Positions 26,717 through 40,537 of a stretch of 64,000 nucleotides of DNA are shown here, piece by piece. The position numbers and the translations under genes were made by a program. Every line of letters starts with the position of its first letter. Position 1 is the stretch's first letter. Below the pieces are notes generated by a model. It saw nothing but the letters and a program-made list of their open reading frames with translations, was not told where the DNA came from and searched no databases. The DNA lies in assembly GCA_964016885.1 (NCBI GenBank), contig OZ024741.1, positions 141,484,001-141,548,000 of the forward strand, written 5' to 3'. This DNA is from Eledone cirrhosa (taxonomy: Eukaryota).

Positions 26717-27762
26717 ACAGATCCTACACAGTGGGCTAGCTTCCTCCTTGTCAATATGGTGTTTCACCCACTTCGTTCTGAGGGCTTGCTCTTGTGCGGC
26801 CATTAGCATTCCTTCTGTAACTTTTTAACCAGCTCCATGTCTGTATATCTCTGAATTCAATTTTCTTAAAGAAGGTTCTATGACGGGATTTTTCATGAAC
26901 GTTGCTCTTCCTTGTTGTTATTTCGTCCATGGACATTCCCTGATCTATTGTCTTCTCCTTCAGTACAACTTTGAGCATTGGCTACCTACTGTCAATCACA
27001 TATTTGTTCAGGTTGTTTTCTCCATCTGAACACAGTCCTCTATGCTGATAAGACATCTTACACCATCAGAACTCTTTAAGTAGAGTCTAACAACATCACT
27101 CCTCTTGTGGAACAGGCTGTTAGTAGTCATTAGCTTCCAAGACTTTCTATCCATTTCTTTTTGTTCAGTAACATTCCATTTCTGAATTCCCGCATTGTAC
27201 CTAATAATAGACACAGCTCGGTAATTTACTGCACTTATGACATTCCAACTATTTAGATGTGGTTTTAGTATGTTCCTTACTCTCCTTATGTATTCAGATC
27301 TTATCAATTCCTTCATTTTATTGTTCATGATGTCATCTGCCTCCAGAATACCCAAATATTTGTATCCCTCTTCAGTGTCGATCTCCTTTATCATCTCACC
27401 TGTTGGTACCTGGATTCCGTTGCTTCTGTTCAATTTACCCCTCTTCATCACTAGGACTCCACACTAAATTCCATACATATATCATTGCTGAAAATACGGA
27501 GTGTTAACAAGTACATCCAATTCCTTCTCGCCTTTCCCAAAGAGTTTTAGATTGTCCATGAAGAGGAGGTGGTTGATGGGTGGCTCTCCTCTTCCCAGCT
27601 TGTATCCTCCTTTCATTTTTCGCAATATGAAGGACAATGTTATGAGAGTAAGGACAAACAACAAAGAGGACAAACTACCTCCTTGGAAGATACCTCTCTT
27701 GATCTTCACGCCTCCCAAGGATTCTCCACGTGGTGTTAGCTCTGTTTCCCAGGACTTCATAC
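25810..27762 (-). mobile_element. R4/Dong-like RLE LINE remnant (RT, CCHC, PD-(D/E)xK end), interrupted at ~26300-26712
   Basis: GIFQGGSLS, HLLFMDNLK, YKYLG, AAQEQAL, CRICG, WDFRIQ..KLEHNRPD, QKACLLGT; bounded by (TTA)n. Confidence 0.88.
26452..26656 (-). mobile_element. PLE pLTR remnant with a decayed hammerhead, nested in (TA)n inside the LINE; sibling fragment at 62626-62710
   Basis: aTGAGGA-agggcttattccc-GAAAC-gtc-GTC at 26540-26570; stem I not paired. Confidence 0.6.
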
Positions 27763-28667
27763 TGTTATTATTATTATTACTATTATTATTATTATTGTTG
27801 TTGTTGTTTGTTGTTATTTTTTGTTGTTATTGTTGTTGTAATCGTTGTCGCCGTCATTATTGTCGTCGTTGTTTCTGTTGTTTAACCCCGCTCATTACTC
27901 TGGTCCAAAACATTTTTCTTAATATGATCCCATACATACCCCAAACTGAATAAAAGAAAGAAACTTACGTTGTCGATTACTTAATAAATGTATAAAATAT
28001 ATTTTCCCTGTTTGACAAAGGGATTTAACACCGCAATATTATGTAAAATCTAGTGCCTTATTTTGTCTTTTTTATTTTACTCTCATGTAGATAAAACTCT
28101 TGTATTTTTTTATTTGGATCGTACCGGCATTCCCAATACAATCTAACTATAGAATTTCAAAATATTATAAAATATATTCTATATATATACATACATATGT
28201 AGCTTATCCGTGGATATGGGTACGATTCTTTCTACAATTTATTTAAGCGTGTCGATTCTGATGATGAGCGTTTCAGTTGTTCTGAAATTAACGTGCAAGT
28301 GACAGCACTGTACAGAAACGTAGTTTTCGGGGAGATACAACGGGATAAATTGTGTTACAAGGTTGGACTTTTAAAATAAAATTACAACTCATTTGCTGAG
28401 CAGACTGGAGCAAAGCGAAATAAAGTGTTTTCAGCAAAGAAATAATTGTTTCTACTTTTGGCAATTATCCCAAAGCAATAGTATGCCGTCATTAATCGAA
28501 CTGACAGCCGACCTGCTTAGCCACCCACTTCCATTTTATTCATAAACATTATTAATAATGCTCCTTGCCCTAAATGAGGAACATTTATAAAAAGGAATAG
28601 CCACTGAAGTAGTTTTCAAAATGAGAATCCAAACCTAAATATTTTCATGTGTGCCCTTGCATTTTAA

Positions 28668-28831
28668 CCCTTTGAAATCAGAAACTGACCCTGCTATTAT
28701 GATATGTTTGCCCATTTTAAAATAGTCATGCGTATAAGAAAACATTCAATTATAATTTTTAAGACATTTTTGAAAACATCAGCCTATAAATGATAAAGAG
28801 TTTCCCATTATAAATACTGTAAAAAAAAGGG
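28668..28831. mobile_element. Possible piggyBac-type MITE
   Basis: TTAA|cccttt ... aaaggg|TTAA; only 6-bp TIR. Confidence 0.45.
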
Positions 28832-29142
28832 TTAAATATTTCTCTTTTTATAGGTTAGTTTTTAAGAGTACCTATCTTGCTGGTAATATATCTAAGCGTA
28901 ATTGATAGTATATTATTTTGCTCAGACCATAATAACGAGTGTGTTATTTCTTATTCTCAGCAGATGTGCGTCTAGACGTCTTTCAGTTTTCCTGTATGAT
29001 GTAATGTCATCCATGTGTACCTCCATCTATCTAGCTGTATGTCTGTCCGTTTTCATATTCTCTCCTCCATTTTCTCTTTGTCTATAAACACACATATTTA
29101 TACATGTATATACATACATATATGTCATATGTGTATATACAT

Positions 29143-29216
<74 letters not shown>

Positions 29217-29238
29217 GGATATACATATATATATATAC

Positions 29239-29323
<85 letters not shown>

Positions 29324-29514
29324 AATATATATATATTAAGTTTATGTTGGTTGTTTACCGACACCTCAGTATGCAGATTGGACCACTCGACGAAGTACGC
29401 AGGTTGGTTTGGTTACTCCGGAGTAATGTAAAATAAAATAAAGGTATCCCCTTACCTAGCAAACGAGAAATAAACGAAGCCAAATTTTAAATATTTGACT
29501 TAATTATTTTATTT

Positions 29515-29546
<32 letters not shown>

Positions 29547-29849
29547 TCCACGTATGTGTAGTATGCACAACCTGTGTTGTTGTTGGTTGGTGATGGTGGT
29601 TCGTATGTACAGTTTGATTTGTATTCGCTGTATAATATCGGGTGTTGCAATTGTAAACAGTTGGCGTTGTGTGAGTCGTTTGTGTTATATTATCAGGTGT
29701 CGATTATGTTAGGGTGCATCAATGGACTTTCAGTTTAGCGATTATTGAGTTGAATTTGTGATCTACGAATTGTTTCATATTATTTGATGTTCGTTCCGCA
29801 GCCTATGTGCTGTATGAGTTGTGTTATTTTATTACTAGGTGGTTGTAAA

Positions 29850-29907
<58 letters not shown>

Positions 29908-30519
29908 CATTTGATGTTCAGAGAACGTACTTTATTAGTTGAGTTATTGTGTGTCAAATGTGTATTGGAAAGGGTGGGTGCTGCGCCTAGCGGCACTAAT
30001 TTTTAGAATGTTTGTATCCGTATTATTATTTCCACTGCAGTATACTGCCAGAAACAGAAGGATGTTGTACAAAATGATTAACTGTATTCTATTTCGCCTT
30101 TCTACGTGTCACTTCATAAACCAACTAGCCCAACACGTTTTTTTTTTCTCTCTCTTTCAGAAATCGATAAAATAAATATCATTCATTTGATATGATATAT
30201 TAACTGAAATACATCCATACCTTACGAATTTCTGGTCAAAACATACATTAATAACACAATCATCTTTTTAGTGTTTTGGAATGCATATTTTTTACATCTT
30301 AACTGCAGTGTTGTATTACATGTTTGTTGGTGTTTGTATTGTTTGATAATTCTATTGTTTATTGTGAATGTTTTTGTGACAGTGGAAAGTTATTATGTAG
30401 AATATTCAGTGAGTGGGTTGCTGTTTCATAGTTGAATATATTCTGAGTGACATGCGTTTACTCTTGTAACCGACTTTATGCTCATTTCCATTTTGAATTC
30501 GTTCTATATATGTTGGTAA

Positions 30520-33500
30520 ACCTTCCACCTCCGTCTACCTCGACTGTTGTGGAAAATACTATCGATAATGATAATCAAAAGTATAAACAATTGAAAATTT
30601 CCCTCAACGGAATCTTCCAGAGAGAGATTAACTCATGTATAAATATCTCTCTGGCTGAACGTGTTAAAATGACAATGGTGAATAAAAAAACAAATAATGA
30701 AATACTACGTGTTATTGACGAAATAGAGAATGAATATTTACGACGGATAAAAACCCCAACATTTTGGCAAATCAACGCCTGTTTATATGCCTTAGCAATG
30801 ACAGTGAAGCATTATCTTGGTGATAGCAGAGATATTAACAAGAACAAAACACCACCAAAAATACCATCATATATAACTAAAATAGAAAAAAAGAGTGCTG
30901 AGCTACGAAAATACATAGGACATGTGATAATGTTCCTTACATGCAAACAAACACATAAAAACCTCACTCCTCACCAACAAAGAGTGAAAAATAAAATAGA
31001 GACGATGTTTGGTAACAGTAGAACCAGAACTCTCCAATATAAGCTGATCACCCTCAAACAAGAATTGAGAGCTGTTAGCGAAAAACGCCGATACCTGAAG
31101 AAGGTAGATGAGAGAAAAATGCTTAATAAAAGATTCAGACGAAACCAAACATCAGTCTATAGAGATATGAAGGGCAAAATAATAAGTGTCACTGAGGCCC
31201 CATCCCAGAAAGACATAGATTCCTTTTGGAGAAAAATATGGGGGGAAAAGAAGAATTTCAACCAAGATGCAGTGTGGCTAAGAGAAATCCGAAATAACTA
31301 TTGCTCCTACACTACAACAAAAACATACGAAATAAGTGAGGGTACACTTGAGACTGTGATAGGAAAACTCCAAGATAAGAAAACACCAGGAAGAGACATG
31401 ATTGTCGGCTACTGGTACAAAAAACTAATATTTTATCGGAGGTATCTTACTGACCTCTACAAACAAGTTCTTAAGGGAGATACACTTATGCCAGAATGGT
31501 TGACATTAGCACAAACGTTACTGGTCCCCAAGAACAAAGACACCCACTTGGCAAAAAACTACCGATCCATTGCATGCCAGAACCTAATATATAAGATGTA
31601 TACAGCCTACCTCAACCTATTCCTCCAAGATCACTTTGAAAATAATAACATCATCACAGATGAACAAGCAGCTGGAAAGAAAAGGGTTTGGGGATGTGCT
31701 GAACAACACCTAATCAACAAAACTGCGATGTCGGAGGTGCGACAACTTAGGAGGAATATGACTACTGTCTGGCTGGACTACAAGAAAGCTTTCGATTCTG
31801 TTCCCCACTCTTGGATGATAGAGGCCCTCCAACTTGCTAAAGTCCCAGACATTATTGTCAGAACCATAGAGAGGCTGTCTTCTTCTTGGACTACTATCCT
31901 AAGGTTAAAGACAGATAGGGAGGACTCTATTTTCACTAATAAAATTAAATATTGCAGGGGTATATTTCAGGTGGACAGTCTCTCTGTGATATTGTTCATC
32001 TTGTCATTAAACCCCTTGTCCTTTCTGCTCAAGAAATGTGAGGGATACATCATTGGCTCACAGGAGGACAGAAATACGAACCTAACCCATAACTTCTTTG
32101 TGGACGATCTGAAACTCTATGCCAAGAACATGGATGGGATGAAGAAAAATCTGGACCTGGTTACAACCTTCTCAAAGGATATAGGAATGGAGTTTGGCCA
32201 AGATAAATGCTCATACATGACTGTAAAGCGGGAAAAAACAGCAACCCAATCTAGCAACATTGTCATCAATGGTCTAACTGTTTCACCGATATCTGATGAG
32301 GACTGCTACATATACCTGGGATAGATGAGAACATATCCGAGAATGGTATCTGTAATAAAGAACGCCTAACCATTGAATACTACACCCGATTAAGAAAGAT
32401 CTGGTCATCGGAACTCTCTGCGCAAAACAAAACAGTGGCTCACAATGTGTTTGCTGTGCCTGTCCTAACACCAACGTTTGGAATACTCAATTGGACGATA
32501 GACGAAATCCGAGCAGTTGATGTTGGAACTCGAAAAATACTGAACAACACCGGAAACTTTCACATCAACAGTGACATAGACCGCCTTTACTTGAAACGTA
32601 GGCAGAGAGGCAGAGGCCTAACATCAGTCCAGACAACATTTGAATGTCGCATCATATCTCTCCGACATCTACGAACCTCGAAGCGTAGGAGCCCGCTTCT
32701 CGAGCAAGTCTATCTGCATGAAACAGATAAGATCATGAGAGTTGGGAAGGAACTCCTTGACAGATATTCCCTGTGTGATAATCAAAAACTCACACCCAGG
32801 GAAGACGCTCAGCAGTATCGCAGTGAATCCATGGATGAAAAACTGCATGCCTATCAGCAAAAAATCATGCATGGATAGGTTGCCAGGAAGCTCCAGAGTG
32901 AGAGTAATATAGATAAGGAAAGCAGTCTATCTTCGACCAACAACCGCTATATTGGCTCCCACTTTGAAGGATACGCTTTTGTAATACAAGAACAGGAAAT
33001 TAACACGAAATACCTGATTTACAAAAGAGATAGGGATGCAGGCAAGACACCTAGATGTGATAACAAGTGCAAACTCTGCAGAATTAACATCGAAGATGTC
33101 ACCCATGTCATCAGCAGCTGTCCAAAGATGTCATCGCGGTACTATCTATCTATGGGGCATGGTGTAGTGGTCAAAACACTGTACAATGTAATCCGTAGAA
33201 AAAATAGCCCCGATAATAAACACAGCTACAGCAATGTGGAAGAAATCCATGTACATAATATGAAAGTGTACTGGTGGAATGTTCCAGTAAAAACCCCAAT
33301 AAAATGCAGACATAACAGACCAGATATTATGATATGGGACAGGGAGAAGAAAGCATGCACAGTAGTGGAAATTAGCTGCCCAGCAGATGCCAATATAATA
33401 TCAAAGATTAGTGAAAAGGAGAATACTTAAGCAGAAATGATGAGAAATCTGTAGATACTCCACCCTGATTACACCTTCAGATTTATGCCTGTGATTATTG

Positions 33501-33657
33501 GGGCACTGGGATATGTTAGTAACTGCCTCAATACAAATCTTGAGAAGCTAGGCTTCACAGGAACAGAAAGAACACAACTAGTTAGGAAATTACAAGTACA
33601 ATCCATTAATGGGACAGTAAAAATATGTAAAACATTCCAAAAATGTTGCATCTAATA
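30520..33657 (+). pseudogene. R4/Dong-clade RLE non-LTR retrotransposon ORF, several stops and frameshifts
   Basis: KTPGRD, NYRSIAC, WLDYKKAFDSVPHSW, GIFQVDSLS, FVDDLK, YLG; GRGL; QEQEI; CKLC..EDVTHVISSC; HNRPDI..VEISCP. Confidence 0.92.
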
Positions 33658-33967
33658 ACTGCATATACACATGTACAGATACAAAGCATATACACATGCA
33701 CACATACAACTCAAAACATACATCTCCACACATACAATAACATCCATATCTACACATGCATGCATGCAGACATACATACATATCAACCTAGTTGATGTTG
33801 TGTAAATTCCAATGAGAGAGTCTTGTGTCTATGTTAGAAACCGACTCTCTCTCTATTGGTAAAACTTTGTGAAATTATAAAACCAGAAGAACATACATAC
33901 ATACATACATACATACATACATACATACATACATACATACATACATACATACATACATACATACATA

Positions 33968-34836
33968 CATGGTGGCTGCCAACTCGTTTTCGAGTACGGC
34001 CACTACTTTATATCCATGTAGGAGAACCCCTACCGATGCGCTGAACGAATGTGACTTTTTAGTCCAGCCAACGACTTGAAAACTCTGGTACAAACACTAC
34101 ACTTGTGATAATTATTGACACATAGTGCTGGGCCCATACATACATACATACATACATACATACATACATACATACATACATACATACATACATACATACA
34201 TACATACATACATACATACATACATACATACATGGTGGCTGCCAACTCGTTTTCGAGTACGGCCACTACTTTATATGTAGAAGAACCCCTACCGATGCGC
34301 TGAACGAGTGTGAATTTTTAGTCCAGCCAGCGACTTGAAAACTCTGGTACAAACACTACACTTGTGACAACTATTGACACATAGTACTGGGCCCATGGTA
34401 CCATGTAACGACAAGTGCAGAGAGATCTCCAGATATAAAGCAATGCCTGTGCCGTGAAGCTTTTATAGTGAGGAAAGGCACTGCACAAAGCCAGTCCCAC
34501 TCTCTTAACCAAGATGATATTTACCAAAAAGAAGAACAAGTCAACATCATTGGATACCATCAGGGTTGCAGGTGTTATATCAGAGTTTTCCTTCTACTAG
34601 AATTCTGCCTTGACAAAGGCTAAGGGGTCATCTCTCCCAGGTGATTTTGGATGGCCATTGACTCTTAAGAGCTCCTTTGCCCTTTGACAGGTTTTGTTTT
34701 TAGTCCTGCAGGATGTCCAAAGTCACCCTCCTCACGAAGAAACCTTGGTGGGGTTACCAGTTTAGTCGCCAACGACCCGACCATGAGACAGGTTGTACTG
34801 GGATACAGGTTACCAGTAGCACCAACTGGTGACCTG
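33968..34836 (-). mobile_element. RTE-like derivative: 3' ends with a C2H2-like tail duplicated in tandem, each followed by (TATG)n
   Basis: HKCSVCTRVFKSLAGLKSHIRSAHR* at 34030-34120 and a second copy at ~34232-34395; bounded by (TACA)n tracts. Confidence 0.6.
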
Positions 34837-35855
34837 ACATACATACATACATACATACATACATACATACATACATACATACATACATACATACATACAT
34901 ACATACATACATACATACATACATACATACATTGTTTTTGTCATTTATATTCTATTAAGTTCTTAAATGTTTGATTTTGTTCCAATACATTAAATAATAT
35001 TTTGATATGTCTGAATAATTAATTTTTCAATCACTGTTGAATAAGTACACCATTTTATTTGTTATTGATTAACTCTGAGTCAGACATGCAAGCTCAGGTT
35101 ATCCCGCATTTTATTCAAGCTTGCGTATAGTACGTAGTGCAAAGTGCTCGTAGCTGATATGGTCATCGTTTATCCATTGCATGTGAAATCATTGTTGATG
35201 TTTTCATTTGTAAGAGGAGTTAGAAGTAGACAAATGGTGGTGAATATAATGAGTTTCCTGAATTATTTGTCTAATAGTGACACGACATCTTTATATTATG
35301 TTCTCCTTATCTATTATCAAATATGATATTATCTATTTTTATATGTTGTGATTGATGTGTCGGCACTATTCAGGGCTGATGAATGCATTGGAATTGTTAT
35401 TTTTTCTTGTAGTAAATCTATGACGTAATCAGATATTTGTGTCTTTTTTGTTGTTTTTAATAACTGTATGGTTTACCACTAGCTGTTGCTTGCAATCATG
35501 TATTGGTTTCCGTCCCAAGGTCCTTCAGATCTGCTTAAAAGACAATACGATCTTACAGGAGAAAATGTGATGTATTGAGATTTAAAATCAGTTGGTTCTC
35601 ATGTTTGGTTGCCTAGTTGGCCTTTATGGTAGCGTCGCTTCTGAATATATCATAGTATGGATATTTCCTTTTCTATATTATATCCAAACAAAGAAAATAA
35701 ACAACAGTTGACTTAAGAAGCAATGGGGAAATTTGAAGTTTGGAACGTATGCATCCCAACGCAAATGACAATGATGCGGAATTCGATTCCTCGCAGGTGC
35801 CTCTGTCCACTGTTTTGTGTCTCCGGGATACTTTTATCAACTATTATTTATTTAA

Positions 35856-36048
35856 GGGCGGTGGATTGGCAGTATCGGTAGAGGGTCGGACACCATGCTT
35901 TGCAGCATAGAGTTACGACCCTTTATGGTCTGAGTTCAAATCCCGCCGAAGTTAACTGAGCCTTTCATCCTTACGGGGTCGATAAAATAAAGTACCAGTA
36001 ATGCACTGGGATAATTGCTGGCCTTGTACCAAAAGTAGAGACAATTAT
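35856..36048 (+). mobile_element. SINE family A, full-length
   Basis: High identity to 1369-1560. Confidence 0.9.
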
Positions 36049-36935
36049 TTATAGGAGCCAACAATCATTATTATGGTTATTTTTGTTGCGACGCACGCAC
36101 TTCAAATATAAAGAAATTGGTACAAAATGCGCAGTAGCCACTGTCAAAATACTATTTAGAATCAACCAATTAGAAGATGAACAAATGAGGCTAATGTGGA
36201 AGAGAGCTTCTGCTAAACTCGCTTGATAGAAAACATATCAATAGATGTTTTCGGAACAATTAAGGCGTCACAAAACCCACAATAATAATATCTATAAATG
36301 CCAGTATCGGTGTATCTAATTGAGCATAGACGGCGAAATGGCAGAGTGGTTAGAACGTCGGACAGAATACTTTGCTGTATTTGTTCCGGATCTGTGCTTT
36401 AAGTTTAAGTCCTACCTTTCGTTATTTTGAGATCAATAAAGAAGTTCACCAATCTGGCACTGGGGTCGATTCTTCTTGTATATTTCTTTCTCACCTCCTC
36501 ACTTCAACCCACTCTCTCCATCTGTTGCAGAAATCTTCAAACCTGGAGAAGGATGGGCTGCACCAGGTTTTAAATGCCCAAGAAACATCGTATGTCACTA
36601 CTGTGTCCCTACAAATCCCCTAGGAATTACGGATCCATCCATTCATACATATAATTGGTTACATGAATTTGAATCGGTTCGTTTTGTAACAAGTCTTTTG
36701 CGCCATGATTCAGCGGCTTCAAGTCTTCATTCAGCCATTTCAGTTATTCTGACATTTTTCTTTATTCCGTTTGTAATTTACTTCTTCGCAGTCTATTCAG
36801 ATATCCACTAAAATTGCAATTCTAATTCTCAAAGAAATTCGTAATTTCTTCTCATTGCCCTCCGGTTACAAATCGTCGAAAGCGAGCAACAAAGTCAATG
36901 GATACTCCAACATTTTATTTCCTGTTCTACAATAA

Positions 36936-36982
36936 TACAATGGTTTAGTTATGGACAAAACGTCCATAACTAAACCATTGTA
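36936..36982. repeat. Perfect 21-bp-arm hairpin
   Basis: tacaatggtttagttatggac-aaaac-gtccataactaaaccattgta. Confidence 0.95.
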
Positions 36983-37239
36983 TAAGCTGATATTTTCTGA
37001 ATGATTTGGAATTCATATGCAGAAAGTGTCAATGGATTTCTCCGATATATTACTCCGAACATCAAATTTCATGTTATTACTAACATCATTTCAGTGGAAT
37101 CTTAAAATCACCGTGATTTCTGTCCTCCGATTTCATACACTATTTTTTATTACACATAGTGCATTGATCATCCATAGGTTGTGCAGCAAACAGTAACATC
37201 AAACGTCTCCAAATAAGCCGACTGAGATAAATCTAATTC

Positions 37240-37515
37240 ATGGATATTATCCAACCATTTTACTCGTGGTCTTCCCCTGCATCTCTTACCGGTTCGTTTT
37301 GCATATAATAAAATATGTCAAACGATTCTTTCCTGAGATATTCTAACATGTCCGTAGTATCTGAAATGTGATTGCTCGATCCAAAGAAGTAGCGGCTCTA
37401 TCTGGCGCGACTTCCTGATCTCCGAGTTACGCACCTTAGGGTTACTCCAAAAACCCTTCGGAGAAACCCCATTTAGGCCGCCTGTATTCGCGATTGTATT
37501 CTTTCGGTCCTTACC
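37240..37515 (-). mobile_element. RTE-like fragment
   Basis: Matches 14185-14380 (gttactccaaaa.acccttcgg...ggccgc.tgtattcgcgat). Confidence 0.65.
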
Positions 37516-37532
37516 TTCTTTATTTATTTATT

Positions 37533-37645
<113 letters not shown>

Positions 37646-38419
37646 TCTATCTATCTCTCCCAAGAGAGAGAGTCACTTGTAATCAAAGATGATGACTTGG
37701 TGTCAGAGAAGTTGTTAAGGTAATATATTCAATTATTATAGTTAAGTAATGAAGTAACTCCACCAACGATGCCTTAAATTGCAACACTTCTACAATCATG
37801 ACTACAGATGTTGCAGGATACAGTTGACAGAACCAGTGTAGTAGATATTCCTCTCTTTCGTTCTTCTTCTTCCAACCACTTTGACTCTGCAACATTTACT
37901 CCTTTCTTTATAGCTCTGCGCCATAAATATATAGCTACATTTAACTAACTATATATTTAGGCCTACGAGATAAGTATAGGTAAATATATAGATAGACACG
38001 GCTATCAATATGTTTATCATACAGTTGAGACTAATATGTGAGTCAATCATAATTAAATATATTTCTACTGTCTGGAGACGGTAACTATTTGCAAGTATAT
38101 ATATATATATATATATATATATACGTGCGTGTATGTGCGTGTGCATGCGTGAGTATGTGCGTGTGTATGTGTGCGTGTATGTGCGTATATATATATATGT
38201 GTGTGTGCGTGTATGTGCGTATATATATGTGTGTGTGTGTGTGTATGTGTGTGTACATATATGTGTGTGTGTATATATATATAAGGGTAAATTCGGGACC
38301 CCGGCGGCTGAGCTCCTGTTGCTTCAACATTTTACTACTAAATTTATAAGTGAAGCAGCCGAACAGTTATGATGTAATTTACATTTTAGTTAGGAATTCA
38401 AATTTGAGGTGTCAGTAAT

Positions 38420-38900
38420 CAGAAGAAGGTATGTAGGTGTAAAAGCCAAACTTGCTATCTTTAATTCGGTATTTGTACCAACCCTTACCTATAGTCATGA
38501 ATCTTGGGTAATGACCGAAACAATACGATCGCGAGTACAAGCGGCCGAAATGGGGTTTAACTGTCTTTAAAGTAATGTTACTCGATAGAATGCGTGGCTT
38601 GGAGATCAGAGAGTCACTGCAGGTTGAGCCGCTACTTCTCCGAATTGAGAGATCACAGCTCTGATACTATGAGCATGTGGTAGAGAATGGCTCAGGAAAG
38701 AATCGCTGAAAGATTTCACGCGCAAAACCAACCGGCAGGAGACCCAGAGGTAGACCCCGAGCAAAATGATTGGATAACACCCATGAGCTCTCCTGGTCTC
38801 GCTTGGGGATCTAACTTGATCAGTTGGAGACGGTTGCTTCTGACACGCTGGAAGGAAGGTTTGAGGACTCTGCCACCGGGACCCTCTCAGAAATATCTGA
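38420..38900 (+). mobile_element. RTE-clade LINE 3' fragment
   Basis: GVKAKLAIFNSVFVPTLTYSHESWVMTETIRSRVQAAEMG..; RSQL*YYEHVVRM; (GAA)-rich tail. Confidence 0.8.
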
Positions 38901-39561
38901 GCGAGGAAGAAAAAGAAGAAGAAAAAGAAGGTGTCAACCTTGACTTTTGTACTCCCACGATCGGTACTGAGTGGATTTAACATTCATATAATGCATCCTA
39001 CATGTGAATGGAATTTTACGAGACTAATAAGGATAAGGCTTCAAGAGTAGTATCCTATAATACACCGCTCATTCAGAGTTGAATTTTAAATATGATATTA
39101 AGCATTAGTTGGAAGATAAGCCTAAGAAATTTATCAAGGTGAAATTAATACGGGTATACCTGCATCACTAAAGCTTAATCTCTCCTGTGATTGCTTGTAC
39201 TATTTTTTAACTGACGTTTGCACTGAGGAAACAAACGTAGGTGCATATGTACTCACAGACACACTATTTACGTATTAAATGACTGTAAGTTGCTTTTTGT
39301 TTGTCGAAAAGGTAGATATACCTACCTAACATAACATATTTCATATTCATATACTAAAGTAAGGCGGCATTAGAATGTCGGATAGAATGTTTTGCTGCAT
39401 TTTGGGAGCGTTCTACGCAGATTTCAGTAAATATAGTACCAGTTCTATTCTTGTGTCGATTCTCTCTCCCACTCTCTCTCTCTCACACTCTCCCCCTCTC
39501 TCTCTCACACTCTCACTTTCTCTCTCTCTCTCTCTCTCTCACACATACTCTCCCCCTCTTC

Positions 39562-39599
<38 letters not shown>

Positions 39600-39608
39600 G
39601 TATGTGTG

Positions 39609-39644
<36 letters not shown>

Positions 39645-40537
39645 TTACAATAATCAAAGTTCAGTTTAAATCATTTATTTGCTTACAATTGTTTCCTCCA
39701 GCAACTATTTAGTGATCTATAACATACTTCCTAGCAACTATTTAGTGATCTATAACATACTTGACCTCCTTTTCAACACAAGAGACATATAAAACGTATG
39801 CACATATTGATCCACAGTGGGATAACATCCATCAAAATGATATAGCATGGCAATTTACATATAAAGGTTAAAGGATAAAAATAAAAATAAAAATGAAAAT
39901 AAAAATGAAGCATTGGCAGTCTATGAAGATAAAGCAAGAGGAAAGTTTAGAGTAGTCAGTGTATGCAACAATCTCACGTGTAGCATGCACGTGTGTCTTA
40001 TTTATACAGGATTAGAATGCGTCAGAATGTTATTTGCAGGGTCTGGCAGTTGAAGCAGGCAATCGATATTATTATGTGGGCTGAATTATTAAATCATTTA
40101 TTCGCATACACCTGTATGATATACAGTCCCGAATGTAGAGAAACACCAAAATATCAAAAATTTCAAACATATTATAAACCATATTATATCGTAGGCAAAA
40201 CAGTACCACTGTCTTCGCTCACAACACCACTCACATAATCCATGAGACGCAATATATAGAACACGGGTCTATCATATAATTCACGATGGTTCAGCATATA
40301 ACCAAGTTATAAACCGTATCTTGTCGATTCTTAATTAATAGATCATGTTGTTTAGTTTTGTGTGATGATATTATATTCCGGAAGTGTCTGTATGACCAAG
40401 GGGAATTAATGCGTAAGGGGAGGTAACTAGCTGGTTTTCTTAGTTAAATTTATTATCCTAAATTACATTAATGGTGTTTCAAATAAGTGCCTATCATATG
40501 ATGTTATAACTAATTTCTAGATTATGTTACTTATTTA

